64,000 nucleotides of DNA from Flavobacteriaceae bacterium (GCA_013043685.1 JABDNT010000081.1:42800-106799), one strand, 5' to 3'. Counted from the first letter of the stretch, positions 47,906 through 58,133 are shown. Numbers and translations: made by a program. The notes: generated from the letters alone by a model not told the origin.

Positions 47906-48634
47906 CTATTCAAGAAAAATTATCTGTACATCATCGGGCAGGCTATCCAGCACCATCGAATGATCTTTCATGATGTATTCTTTTCCACTCTCGTCGGTAA
48001 AAACTTCCTCTATCTCGTATTTCACAAGGTTCCAACCTGGTTTGAATTCGAGATCATAATTGCTGGTTTGAGTAAATGAAGTTTCATCGCCTGAAGGATA
48101 AAATTCTAAACTACAACTGCCTTTAACCGACGCCTCACTTTCAAAATAGTACCAATCCAATTGATACCCTTTCTTTACTTTAAACTGCCCGAAGCTCATA
48201 ATTGCCTTTGCGAATTCCAGGTCGCTGGCATACATTATCTTACCATAAAGTTTTTGTTCCTCGAAATTGGCAACCGAAAAAACCCCAAGTTGACTTAAAG
48301 CTATCATGGTCTGGTCTCCACCCTTGATGTCAAGTTCACCATTGTAACAGCTACCATAACTGCGTTCTAGATTAGGCAAAGAGGTCTTCCATTGGGAATC
48401 TTTTGCGTTATCGGCATCTACGGAAGATATGAGCTGATCTTTGTACGTATTATCCAGGAGGATCTGAAAGGTTCCGTTCTCATCAATGGTGCCAATTTTT
48501 ATAGGTGTTTTGATTCCAGAATAGATTTCAGCTTCACCGCTGGTATAGTTGTCGACTGTTCCCTCAATACCTTCCTGAGAGACTGCGGTAGTTAGAGTAA
48601 AGAGAAGGCAAATAATACAATAAATTCGTGTCAT
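47906..48634 (-). CDS. Hypothetical secreted protein
   Basis: Signal peptide. No recognised motif. Confidence 0.55.
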   Translation of the reverse strand: MTRIYCIICLLFTLTTAVSQEGIEGTVDNYTSGEAEIYSGIKTPIKIGTIDENGTFQILLDNTYKDQLISSVDADNAKDSQWKTSLPNLERSYGSCYNGELDIKGGDQTMIALSQLGVFSVANFEEQKLYGKIMYASDLEFAKAIMSFGQFKVKKGYQLDWYYFESEASVKGSCSLEFYPSGDETSFTQTSNYDLEFKPGWNLVKYEIEEVFTDESGKEYIMKDHSMVLDSLPDDVQIIFLE

Positions 48635-49146
48635 AATCTAAAATGATTTTAGTTGATGGTTTTTATTAAAATATCCCGAGTAGTAAAAGAATTGATCTTA
48701 ACGGACTCTCTTTTAAAACTGAAGTAGTTCTTTAAGGGAAATCCCGTTTTGAAAAATAAACTCATGCCGCCAAAATAAAAAATAAGGGACTTACCAGGGA
48801 AATGATTCATATCTTAAAGTTATAAAAAAACTGGAAGCAATAAATTGTATCAATATGGACATAATGTAACCATGTTCAACCAACACTCTCATATTATAAT
48901 AGTTTTTCCTGCTTAGCACTCGAAATTATAATAATATAAATCACCGAGATAGTCTGCCTTCCAGAACTCAATTTCCAAAATGACTTTCAAACCCTTATCT
49001 AGTATGGCTCCGCTCAGCGCGTACTTCCGGATATGATCCTCAATTATCTATTTCGAATCAACCCCTGGGATTATTCGAATTTTTATTCGGTATTCATCCA
49101 CAATGTTCAAATCATTAACTTTAATTATTGCAACTGTTCACTTTAT

Positions 49147-50013
49147 ATGAGTACATCTTACTCCCACATTGTCCCTCTGCTGACACCTCCCCAACGACTA
49201 CAGGAATATGGAGTTGGTTTGTTTGACGCGATTCCTACCAAATCCGCGTTAAAAAAAGCGCTTAAGAAAAAACAAATCCAGGTCAATGGGGAAATAGCAA
49301 CGACAGCGACCATTATTAAAGGAGGCGAGACCATTCTTTTTACCCCGTTAGAGGTTCACGGGTCGGACAAAAAATTGAATCTAAAACTTAAGGTTCTCTT
49401 CGAAGACGATTATTTAGCGGCCACATATAAACCTTCGGGAATTTTGGTTAGTGGCAACAGCTTTCGAACTATTGCCAACGCGCTACCACAAAACCTCATT
49501 AAAAGTGAGCAGGCTGATGCTGTTACCCCTCAACCGGTTCATAGGCTTGACTATGCAACCACAGGGATTTTGTTAATTGGCAAGACCGCCGAGAGCATTC
49601 GCAGGTTAAATAAATTCTTTGAGGAAAAAGAGATCGAGAAAACATACTATGCTGTGACCGTAGGTGCTATGGAATCCCGGGGAACCTTAAAAGAACCCAT
49701 AGGTGGTAAAGAAGCGATCACCTATTTTGAAAAAGTAGCCACTGTGGATTCATCTCGGTTTAAATACCTGAATCTCGTTAGGCTTCAACCTAAAACAGGA
49801 AGAAGACACCAGCTTAGAATTCACCTGGCTGGTTTAGGAAACCCAATACTTGGGGATAAGGATTATACGCCTGAACCCTTTATCTTAAAGGGCAAAGGCA
49901 TGTATTTACACGCCTTTTCAATTATGTTTGTTCACCCTTTTACCAATGAGCCGCTCAGATTGACTGCACCTTTACCCGGTCGTTTTAAGAAGATCTTTAA
50001 AAAGCTACTCTGA
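49147..50013 (+). CDS. RluA family pseudouridine synthase
   Basis: Trimmed to MSTSYSHIV. Catalytic HRLDYATTGILLIGK and RRHQLRIH motifs. Confidence 0.85.
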   Translation: MSTSYSHIVPLLTPPQRLQEYGVGLFDAIPTKSALKKALKKKQIQVNGEIATTATIIKGGETILFTPLEVHGSDKKLNLKLKVLFEDDYLAATYKPSGILVSGNSFRTIANALPQNLIKSEQADAVTPQPVHRLDYATTGILLIGKTAESIRRLNKFFEEKEIEKTYYAVTVGAMESRGTLKEPIGGKEAITYFEKVATVDSSRFKYLNLVRLQPKTGRRHQLRIHLAGLGNPILGDKDYTPEPFILKGKGMYLHAFSIMFVHPFTNEPLRLTAPLPGRFKKIFKKLL

Positions 50014-50042
50014 ATTGATAATAATTACAAAATAGCAAAAAA

Positions 50043-50065
50043 AAGGGGCCAATATGTGGCCCCTT
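50043..50065 (-). terminator. Terminator AAGGGGCCA-catat-TGGCCCCTT with a T-run on the minus strand
   Basis: Perfect 9-bp stem between convergent genes. A-run on the plus-strand 5' side. Confidence 0.75.
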
Positions 50066-50085
50066 CATCTAACAAAAAAATTAAA

Positions 50086-51450
50086 CTAGAAACTTATTAC
50101 GGATTCTATTACGACTCCGTTAAATTTCCCTTCGTTAAACTGACTTCCTTCTGGGAAATCACTATATTCCTGATTTACATACTCGATCTTAGCAAGAACA
50201 TTCTTTGTAAAGAACACACCTGCGCCAATATTGAAGCGGTTAATAGTTACATCACTTGTCATCCCGCGCATCTCTCCTGAAGCGGTATTGTAACGACCAC
50301 CTACGTAGAAGTTTTCATTATTACCGAATCGATAAAGTACTTCCGCCATAATATGCGTCCAGTTTCTGTCTGTATTGTTACCCGAAGCATCAAATTCTGA
50401 ATCAGCTCGACCTGTTGTTGTTTCGAACAAACCAAAGAATTCAAGACCTTGATATTTAACAAATGGGTTAATCATAATGGCTGTAACTTCATTGGTAAAG
50501 CCCGGATCAATCCTACCTGATGTAAAGTATCCTCGACCACCTGAAGAGGCATTGGCATCTTCCATTACGAAATAGTATCGAGAACCTCCCCGGTCTGCAC
50601 CATAGAGATATACCCTGGCAGTATGAGCAGTGTTGTAAACAGATCCAGTTAATCTCAACCTGAGATCATCACTAAGCTGCTTGTCCCATCCCAGTTTTCC
50701 AACCAAAGTAGGAGAAGTAGTTTCCGGGTTACTCACCGCCTGGTTCAATTTACCATTATACAATCCAACCATGGCAAGCCATCCATTATTACGATAATAG
50801 AACTCTCCACCCACTTCCTGGGCAAATCCGTCAAGTAGTGTGTTTCCTACGAATGGGTTATAAATGGATTGAGCATTATCAGAACGTCTGAAATGCTGGT
50901 CACCGTAGTTAACTTCCATGTGTCCGATCTTAACCGTCACCTTGTCCATTACATCACCTAGTAATCCTTCCTGAATCCAGTTAAGATTATCTACTTGGAT
51001 ATAACCTCCTTTTACCCATGCTTCCGGGTGGTGACGGGAAGATAAATAGGTACGTAAGTGCATACGCAGTCCATCATGAAGTTCCACATCCAAATCAAGG
51101 TTAGCAGTGGCCAGGTTAAAGTTGGATCCGATTTCCTTTAAAGGAAGATTTGCATTTCCACCCATGCCGTCATCGCTAAACCAAGGACTGCCGGGCATGA
51201 TTGTGCTCTCAGCCGGACGACCATTCTCATGGTCAATGGCCTGGAATTGAAGGGTGGAGGAACCACCGATTCTTACACGAACGCCGTCGAATGCTTTGAT
51301 CACAGCCGTATCTTTAGGCGATTCAAAGACATTAATACCCTCCTTAGAAGGTTCTCTGTAGTTGTTCAGACTACGTTTATTCTGAGCATAGACAGAAACA
51401 ACGCTGAACATAATAATTAAGACTAGTAGTTGTTTTATTAGGTGTTTCAT
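50086..51450 (-). CDS. Porin-like outer membrane beta-barrel protein
   Basis: Signal peptide, alternating beta pattern and a C-terminal aromatic residue (VISF). Overlaps the YceI gene by 4 nt. Confidence 0.6.
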   Translation of the reverse strand: MKHLIKQLLVLIIMFSVVSVYAQNKRSLNNYREPSKEGINVFESPKDTAVIKAFDGVRVRIGGSSTLQFQAIDHENGRPAESTIMPGSPWFSDDGMGGNANLPLKEIGSNFNLATANLDLDVELHDGLRMHLRTYLSSRHHPEAWVKGGYIQVDNLNWIQEGLLGDVMDKVTVKIGHMEVNYGDQHFRRSDNAQSIYNPFVGNTLLDGFAQEVGGEFYYRNNGWLAMVGLYNGKLNQAVSNPETTSPTLVGKLGWDKQLSDDLRLRLTGSVYNTAHTARVYLYGADRGGSRYYFVMEDANASSGGRGYFTSGRIDPGFTNEVTAIMINPFVKYQGLEFFGLFETTTGRADSEFDASGNNTDRNWTHIMAEVLYRFGNNENFYVGGRYNTASGEMRGMTSDVTINRFNIGAGVFFTKNVLAKIEYVNQEYSDFPEGSQFNEGKFNGVVIESVISF

Positions 51451-52061
51451 AACACTATAAAGTTTAAGTTAAAGACAATTGTTATATCATTTCCAGTTTT
51501 TAATGTTCCGAGCAAAGCCGTGGGTGGTTCTACATCATAGTCGGTCATTTTCATCGGCTTACTTCCTTTAATATTTAAAATTCCATCCTTCAGTTCAATA
51601 TCAACATCAATATTCACCGGTTTTACAACCCCGGCGATATCCAACGAACCATTTAAACTTGCTTTAAACTTAGAATTTCCATTTTTAGAAATGGAATTAA
51701 TTTTTTTGAAACGATAAATAATATTTGGATAGTTCTCATGTTTTAATGCGTTGTAACACTTTTTATCCATTATCCTTTTTCCACTTTTCAGAGTGGTTAC
51801 ACCTACCTTGATATTTATATGTTCAAGATTTATAGAATTATCACCATCGTTGTATTCGAGCTTTCCATTACAGGCATTTGAGATCATTTCCCAATCGTGG
51901 AGTGAAGAAGTTCCTTGAATCACAAAACTGGATGTCAAAGGATCACATGCAAGTGATTTTAATGCCATTTCTGGTTCTATTTCTGCAGCGGACTGGGCTT
52001 GAAGAGTATTTACCTGGATTAGGATCAGCAGGATTGCCACTAGGGATTTCAATATCCTCAT
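51447..52061 (-). CDS. YceI family (polyisoprenoid-binding-like) periplasmic protein
   Basis: Signal peptide. GTSSLHDWEM and IKGSKPMKMTDYDVEPP patterns are typical of YceI-like proteins. Confidence 0.7.
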   Translation of the reverse strand: MRILKSLVAILLILIQVNTLQAQSAAEIEPEMALKSLACDPLTSSFVIQGTSSLHDWEMISNACNGKLEYNDGDNSINLEHINIKVGVTTLKSGKRIMDKKCYNALKHENYPNIIYRFKKINSISKNGNSKFKASLNGSLDIAGVVKPVNIDVDIELKDGILNIKGSKPMKMTDYDVEPPTALLGTLKTGNDITIVFNLNFIVL

Positions 52062-52087
52062 TGATTTTTTGTTTGTAACTTTTGATA

Positions 52088-52095
52088 CAAAACTA
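52088..52095 (-). promoter_or_regulatory. -7 promoter box TAGTTTTG (TAnnTTTG) for the YceI-porin operon
   Basis: Exact consensus match on the minus strand, 27 nt upstream of the start codon. Confidence 0.4.
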
Positions 52096-52117
52096 TGTTT
52101 GGTTTTAGAAATGATTT

Positions 52118-52131
52118 ATGACGATTATCAT
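52118..52131. promoter_or_regulatory. Crp/Fnr-like dyad (minus-strand reading ATGAT-AATC-GTCAT), promoter-proximal
   Basis: One nucleotide different from the nos-promoter dyad. Centre is 29.5 nt from the first base of the -7 box, the same as at nos. Confidence 0.45.
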
Positions 52132-52149
52132 AAACTCCTGATATTCTTT

Positions 52150-52163
52150 ATGATAATTGTCAT
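52150..52163. promoter_or_regulatory. Second Crp/Fnr-like dyad ATGATAATTGTCAT, promoter-distal
   Basis: Identical on the plus strand to 1338-1351. Centre is 32 bp upstream of the proximal site. Confidence 0.4.
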
Positions 52164-52476
52164 TGTTTTTGTTATAATTTCTATTAAGACTGTTAAATCT
52201 AAATTGACTCATGCGTCACATTCACATTAGTTTCTATTAGAGATGGTGTAAGAGCATAGAATTGAATGTAATCTGCATTCTACAATTCAGCCAATATAAA
52301 TGCATTGTTGAATTCAATTAACCCATGAGGAGTGATTATGTCAGCCGATTTCTACACGAATTATGAAATGGCTAACGGATAAGATGAATCAACAACAATT
52401 GTGGAGTTCGGCTCAGACTGGCCTGTAGAATCAAATGAAAGAATATCCACCGTGAATTATGAGCCTCAACGAATTC

Positions 52477-52857
52477 TTACTTAAAAAGCGGTTTGTAGGA
52501 ATCCCATCTTCTAACTATAAGCAACACGTTTATAAGCCCTACAACATATGCAGGCCAAGCTTTCGAGAATTCTCCATTTGAAATACTGAAGATGAGAAAA
52601 GCAACAGATAATGGAGCCAGAACAATAAGGATAAAGGCGGTCCACTTATTGAAGATCAGAAACAACCCGATAATTATCTCAAAAATATACAAGGCGGGTA
52701 GATAGATCGCTACAGAGTCTAAAAAATCCTGCGTTACCTCAGGCATTGCACCGTAACTGGAAGGTAGAAAATGAAAAAACCTATTAAGGGCGTACAGAAT
52801 CAAAAAGAGTCCGAGGGCGGTTCTTGCAACCATGAAGAGTGAGTCGTTTTTTTTCAT
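52477..52857 (-). CDS. DoxX family membrane protein
   Basis: Four TM helices, 126 aa. Pattern resembles DoxX, recognised by eye. Confidence 0.55.
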   Translation of the reverse strand: MKKNDSLFMVARTALGLFLILYALNRFFHFLPSSYGAMPEVTQDFLDSVAIYLPALYIFEIIIGLFLIFNKWTAFILIVLAPLSVAFLIFSISNGEFSKAWPAYVVGLINVLLIVRRWDSYKPLFK

Positions 52858-53082
52858 AATTTGTATGTTAGGTATAAGTAATGTGATTGCTTATTATTGG
52901 TAAAAATGTAAGTATTTAAGAAAATTTTCATGTTAAAAATCAAGCTACAGTCTGTTTATCAGAATGTTAAATTAAGCTTTGCCTTTTAAATCCAATATGA
53001 TTTATATCATGACCACAATATATAACCTAATTCGAAAACCCATCACTCCACAAAAATATCAGCTGAAAATTAATCCGAAAAA

Positions 53083-53112
53083 CAAAAAAAGCCTCTCCAT
53101 CTAAGGAAAAGC
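53083..53112 (-). terminator. Terminator of the same family (minus strand GCUUUUCC-uuagau-GGAGAGGC + U-run)
   Basis: The stem closes with two G-U pairs only when read as minus-strand RNA. Downstream of 53216..53899. Confidence 0.55.
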
Positions 53113-53215
53113 TTTTCATAGGTTTGTCATTCCGATACTGATTTTCATCAGAAGATTCATAACACTAGTTATCCACTGACCTCAAAGCAAGTAAGATTAC
53201 TTCAAATAGCCGAAA

Positions 53216-53899
53216 TTACTTTACCTGCACATTTGTAGGTGCTAATCCGTCTAAAAATGGAATTTGCCCTTCTTCATATTCAATTGGCCAGACATCACAC
53301 CATGTTTCTATGCCGTAATATTCTATGAATTCGATGGGTAATACCTCATTTACATCAAGACCAGGTGGAAGCAAGAATATTGCTATTCCATATCGATCCG
53401 ATTCCGCATTATTACCTTCTCCATTGTCTTCAACGGCAAAATACACTTCCCATCCAACAGTGAAAGGTTGGTATGGCCCTACTTCGATTTGCGTGATGAC
53501 ACCTCCATAAAAGGCACGGTTATCAATCACCGTTATGCAATTAGATCTAACATGCATACTTTCTATCACTCCCGGCCATCCGGAAATGGTCTGAGTCTGC
53601 CCATGCACTCCACCAGAATTTTCTTTAGCAGAAAAACTATAGGCCAGGCCAGAATGTGTTCTTATATGACCGTTTGTTGATTTGCTAGGTCTTCTTTGCG
53701 AAATACCGGGTTTTACATTGCTTATGGATATTGTTCCAATGTCATTGGGTACAATAGATGCGTCTGCCGAATTTAATACATAAAATTGCTGGTCATTATC
53801 CGGATTTATCGAAGTTGGTTCCTTCTGACAACTATTCAAACTGAAGAAAATGCCCGTTGACAACACAAGCACGTAAAATGAAATTTTTTTGGCTTTCAT
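53216..53899 (-). CDS. Hypothetical lipoprotein, paralogue of 45716..46378
   Basis: Lipobox SLNSC. Shared AFYGGVITQIEV...YFAVEDN core. Confidence 0.6.
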   Translation of the reverse strand: MKAKKISFYVLVLSTGIFFSLNSCQKEPTSINPDNDQQFYVLNSADASIVPNDIGTISISNVKPGISQRRPSKSTNGHIRTHSGLAYSFSAKENSGGVHGQTQTISGWPGVIESMHVRSNCITVIDNRAFYGGVITQIEVGPYQPFTVGWEVYFAVEDNGEGNNAESDRYGIAIFLLPPGLDVNEVLPIEFIEYYGIETWCDVWPIEYEEGQIPFLDGLAPTNVQVK

Positions 53900-54184
53900 A
53901 ATAGTATGTTATTAGTTCATAATGTTTTAACATACTTCTTATGCTTCTTAGCCCATTGCATATTACAAAATAAATATTAAATTATTTAAGTATTTATATT
54001 ATTATTAGTTTTTATGTTAAATAATTGAATTATACTTATTATTTAAACAAGTAATCCCATTTTTTTTAATAATTATGAGTCTAATAGTTCATACCATAAG
54101 TAAAATGGTTCATCACATCGTTGTATTGGCGGATGCTAATTGATTAAGCCGACGTTGTGAACACAGCACTCATAAACAAAAAAA

Positions 54185-54227
54185 GCCTCATCATCTCGAC
54201 TCCGCTCGATGCGGGCTCAGGAAAAGC
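54185..54227 (-). repeat. Structured 3' repeat/terminator element, divergent copy (D)
   Basis: Aligns with the copies at 55850, 58134 and 63500 via the anchors TCGACT, CGCTC and CGGGC. Its internal 4-bp helix carries compensatory changes. Flanked by an A-run (a T-run on the minus strand). Confidence 0.55.
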
Positions 54228-54279
54228 TTCTCATTGTCGCACCAAACTTAGTTGGTTATCTAAGCCTTATATATTTAGA

Positions 54280-54831
54280 TCAATCCACTTCAGTTATTGT
54301 AAATGGTTTTAGTAGATGAAATAACTTCCATTTCCCCTTATAATTAATCATATCCAAGCTTCCCAGGTATTTTTTGTTGTCGGACTTTAAATGAAATGAA
54401 AAATTAACCTTGAGCTGTTCATCGGGAGAATTTTTAGGCTCATAATCTTTAGATTCCGGCCAGCTGATTGTTTCGTCTTTGCCGGGTTTGCCAATTTGAT
54501 ATTCATATTCAATACGATCAACCTGCAAGTCTCCCCAGGCTTCATCATTCAGACTAACGAAATCTAATAAATATGCTTCTTGTGCTTCTTCATAGTTTTC
54601 CAACATTATATTTATTTGCTCCTGCCCTGGTTTTCGACTCATACTATTCACAAAATCTATGAATTCAGATTTTTCCATCAAGTATTTCTCAATCTTCTCT
54701 ACTTTGCCCGACATCAGGTATTTAATAATCCTTTTACCCGTCCTTTCGGGAGTGGTAAAACCTGATATTAGGACAACTATTATAACTAATAACGCTGAAT
54801 ATTTTAAATTGAATTTTCTTTTTATGAACAT
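54280..54831 (-). CDS. Hypothetical membrane-anchored protein
   Basis: N-terminal TM helix. No recognised motif. Confidence 0.5.
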   Translation of the reverse strand: MFIKRKFNLKYSALLVIIVVLISGFTTPERTGKRIIKYLMSGKVEKIEKYLMEKSEFIDFVNSMSRKPGQEQINIMLENYEEAQEAYLLDFVSLNDEAWGDLQVDRIEYEYQIGKPGKDETISWPESKDYEPKNSPDEQLKVNFSFHLKSDNKKYLGSLDMINYKGKWKLFHLLKPFTITEVD

Positions 54832-55042
54832 GGTATGTCATTTAAATTTTTTGTTTATCATCTCATGGCGAATATAAAGATACACTTTTGAGGAACCATT
54901 TAAATACCACATAACATTATAGTTCAATCCGGATGATTTCTTCTGAAAATTAAAATCAATATTAAAAGAGTATCTTTAACTTAATCTATTAATGCAGAGC
55001 AGGTAACACTTTTATAAAGTGTTCTAAACAAACATTTCTACT

Positions 55043-55792
55043 ATGTCTTTTAAATCATCACTTGTCGTATGTCTTCTTATAATAAACATAACATTCTCTT
55101 TTAGCCAGGATGTTGATAAAAACCCTCCTTGGGCTAATTATATAACAGCTCTACTAACAAACTACGATGGTCAGAACCTTATGATAATGAAAGGTCAGTT
55201 TTTTTATCGGACTGAGTTTCAATCAAAGCCCAATATCATGAAAATGTCGTTTTTGGCAACTGATCCTGACGAACAATCTGATCCTATATTTTTTGATGCT
55301 TTGGGCTATGTTTATATTAAATCGGACGAGGGCTATATAAAAACCTATTTTGATACTGTTTTGTTTCCATTAATTCCATTTCTGTCCCAGGCGGATGAGT
55401 TTAAATCGGATGTTGATGTTGAGTTAGGCATAGACCCACTGCCAGATAGTTGGCCATTATTGTCTTTAGTTACGAAATATAACATTGGACATTTTGAAGG
55501 GAAAGATCATCTGGTTAAAAAAAGTCAATTTAGGCGTGAAGATGGAAGTTTGGTTTGGACCAAATACTCAGCCATAGATCCGGATAACCTTGGAAATAGT
55601 ATAGTATTCGACAAATATGGCAGATTGAAAATGATAATTACCCCACAAGGAACTATCCAATATAATTACTTCTATTCCGAAGATAGTGCAGATCAAATTT
55701 CAGATTTCCCTATGTATGCTAAACACGAACCTAATATGGGAGAAATGATGGTAGGGCTTTTAATTAGTCTTTTTGGAGGGCTTGGTGGGTAA
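55043..55792 (+). CDS. Hypothetical secreted protein with a C-terminal hydrophobic/Gly tail
   Basis: Signal peptide. C-terminus MMVGLLISLFGGLGG. Confidence 0.5.
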   Translation: MSFKSSLVVCLLIINITFSFSQDVDKNPPWANYITALLTNYDGQNLMIMKGQFFYRTEFQSKPNIMKMSFLATDPDEQSDPIFFDALGYVYIKSDEGYIKTYFDTVLFPLIPFLSQADEFKSDVDVELGIDPLPDSWPLLSLVTKYNIGHFEGKDHLVKKSQFRREDGSLVWTKYSAIDPDNLGNSIVFDKYGRLKMIITPQGTIQYNYFYSEDSADQISDFPMYAKHEPNMGEMMVGLLISLFGGLGG

Positions 55793-55849
55793 TAGGTTTA
55801 ACAACCTTCGTTTTCATTTTTAAAAACAATATTTCCTAAAACAATAAAA

Positions 55850-55895
55850 GCCTCACTACTTCGACTGCGCTCAGCACAGGCATTTAAGGTGAAGC
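55850..55895 (-). repeat. Structured 3' repeat/terminator element, copy A
   Basis: GCCTCACTACTTCGACTGCGCTCAGCACAGGCATTTAAGGTGAAGC. Lies 24 nt after the stop of 55919..56440. Confidence 0.6.
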
Positions 55896-55918
55896 CTTTT
55901 TATAGGTCTTGTTCATCC

Positions 55919-56440
55919 TTACTCAACGAGGTAAGAATATTTTTGAAGCAGCGATAGTTGTTCGTTGTAGGTTTCCAGGTTTCCATTGATTTCGAATGAT
56001 CTTCTCCCTGAGCCAGCCAAAGCCCCAAGGCCAGCACCTATTGCCGCCGTACCACCTACAGCTAGTGCGTCCCAGTAGTCAGGGGTCAGATCCCATCCAG
56101 ATCCCGAATCATCCGAGTCGTTGAGCACAGCACCAAAACTAGCACCTACCGTAAATCCAATTACAGTTCCTATGAGGACCGATGATTTTTTCCGAATTTT
56201 GATCTCGCTTAATTCTGTTGCAGGTAATTTAACTATATCCTGCCCCATTAGGTCTCTGCTGGTATTTACGATAATTCCTTCTCCATCGGCAGAACGTAAA
56301 TACCCTTTGATCTTCCCGCCATCAATTGTAGTGACCCACGTCTTGTAGACTTTCACTTTCACTTCTCTCTCCTGTGTATACAATTCCGAAGAAATAAAAA
56401 GTACAATCAAACTAAGTATCCATACCCTTTTCATAACCAT
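55919..56440 (-). CDS. Hypothetical secreted protein with a glycine-zipper-like segment, paralogue-like to 62903..63460
   Basis: Signal peptide, beta-rich N-terminal domain, then IGTVIGFTVGASFGAVL...GGTAAIGAGLGALAG. Confidence 0.55.
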   Translation of the reverse strand: MVMKRVWILSLIVLFISSELYTQEREVKVKVYKTWVTTIDGGKIKGYLRSADGEGIIVNTSRDLMGQDIVKLPATELSEIKIRKKSSVLIGTVIGFTVGASFGAVLNDSDDSGSGWDLTPDYWDALAVGGTAAIGAGLGALAGSGRRSFEINGNLETYNEQLSLLQKYSYLVE

Positions 56441-56581
56441 TAAGTTAATCTAACATATTAGAGATAATTTTGAAAATAGGCAATGATACTGGTCATTGAC
56501 AATAAACAAACTTTAAAAAATCTATCCCCTATGGGTCGCGGTGGTAAATCGTTGAAAAGTTGAATAGTAATGGCAGTGGAG

Positions 56582-57916
56582 TTAATTGAGATTTCGCAGA
56601 TCCAATTTTCGTAATTCTTCCAGTGCTTTCATTAATTCAAGACGGGTGAGTTTTAATTGTTCGATCAAATCTCTTCTCCTTTTAAATAAACGTGCGTAAC
56701 GAAAATCACTTTGGAACAAATAAAAGTTCCCGATATAATTAATAGTAAATAAGCCTGCAGGATATAGGGATAAAGCGAATAAAATAGACCAGTACCAATT
56801 GATCATCCATCCGAAGAATACAGTTTCAAGGATATAAAAGATCAGGAAGACGAATGCACCGAGAGCGAGTTTCAATGAACCGATAAAATCTTCTCTAATT
56901 CGAATTTTAGCAGATAACAGCCTCACTGTGGTATACGGTAAAATATTGGCTAAAAATCCATAGACACAAATTGGAGCACCAAATATGAAATAAAAAACAT
57001 TCCATGGCAGCCGTAAACGATTCTTCCCTGTTTTGATTTGCTCGTCCCTTAACTTGAGTTGATCCAGTTTTTTGAAATATCGATCGATCTCTGATCTGAG
57101 ATCGTTCATTTTCCCGGGAGATTCTTTTTGAATAAAATTCACGGCCATGGCAATGTCCTTAGACAATTTGAAACTTTCAGTTGCCTCTTCATATATATCA
57201 GTCGGGTCTTTAAACCGATTTCTATACAAGGTTTCAATTTGGATTACCAGTTTGCTAAGTTTCTCGTCCTTTACGATCACCAACAGTTCTTTCAATCTTT
57301 CTTTGATATCCTTTGTCAGCTTAAGTACAGTATCTTTTTCGTTTTTCAAATAATCCTCCTTGAACTTGGCAATCTCGATGGGGCGACCAAAATTGATAAA
57401 AACATCACTTCTGAAGGTATGAGGATCTGAATAGTTAATACCTATGGGAACAATTTGTACGTTGAGATTAAAATCCTTCTGATCTTCCGCCCCAAGGGCA
57501 ATCCTGGCGGCTCCTGTTTTCAGCCGGCGCAGGTTTCTGACCGTCTTACTGAACCCTTCAGGAAATATTAATAGCGTCTTCCCTTTTTGCAAATGGTCGA
57601 AACAGCGTTCAAAGACCTCTTTGTTTTTGTGTATTTCATCCGGGGTAATTTCGGGCCTGTACACGGGTATCATATTCAGGAAATTGAAAATCGCGGAAGA
57701 CAGTTTCGATTTAAATGCCTCGCCCCTGGCCAGGAAATACAAAGATTGTTTAATATGAATCCCGAGCAATATGGGGTCCATAAATGCACTATTATGATTC
57801 GCTACGAAAATAATGGGGCCTGATTCCAGTATATTCGATCGGCCCTTTATAGATATACCACGGAAATATCCATTAACCGCAGGATAAAATAGCCACTTTA
57901 GAATTCTATAGAGCAT
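56582..57916 (-). CDS. Lysophospholipid (1-acyl-glycerol-3-phosphate) acyltransferase family protein with a C-terminal membrane domain
   Basis: Acyltransferase motif FVANHNSAFMDP (HX4D) and FPEGFS. Several C-terminal TM helices. Confidence 0.75.
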   Translation of the reverse strand: MLYRILKWLFYPAVNGYFRGISIKGRSNILESGPIIFVANHNSAFMDPILLGIHIKQSLYFLARGEAFKSKLSSAIFNFLNMIPVYRPEITPDEIHKNKEVFERCFDHLQKGKTLLIFPEGFSKTVRNLRRLKTGAARIALGAEDQKDFNLNVQIVPIGINYSDPHTFRSDVFINFGRPIEIAKFKEDYLKNEKDTVLKLTKDIKERLKELLVIVKDEKLSKLVIQIETLYRNRFKDPTDIYEEATESFKLSKDIAMAVNFIQKESPGKMNDLRSEIDRYFKKLDQLKLRDEQIKTGKNRLRLPWNVFYFIFGAPICVYGFLANILPYTTVRLLSAKIRIREDFIGSLKLALGAFVFLIFYILETVFFGWMINWYWSILFALSLYPAGLFTINYIGNFYLFQSDFRYARLFKRRRDLIEQLKLTRLELMKALEELRKLDLRNLN

Positions 57917-58133
57917 TAGAGAAGTTTAATTAATTCTGAAGGACGCGGGACCCGGTGCACGATAAATGAAGGAGAGATGATCATAAATAGCAGAAATTAA
58001 GGTGACTATGTTAGCGATAAAATCGGAAAAAGCTTCAGGCAATATTTCAGAATAAAGACGGCACCTTATGGAGTAGTCCAATTAACCAAAAAAAGAATCA
58101 TCTACGAACATAGATATCCCAAAAACAGAAAAA

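Noticed and set aside
48950-49080. Start-less minus-strand frame ...IEDHIRKYALSGAILDKGLKVILEIEFWKADYLGDLYYYNFEC in the spacer upstream of rluA
   Set aside because: It has only about 42 codons, no start codon and no recognisable family. It could be a gene relic, but the evidence is too thin.
50056-50280. 74-aa plus-strand ORF
   Set aside because: It starts inside the terminator hairpin and is antisense to the 3' end of the porin-like gene.
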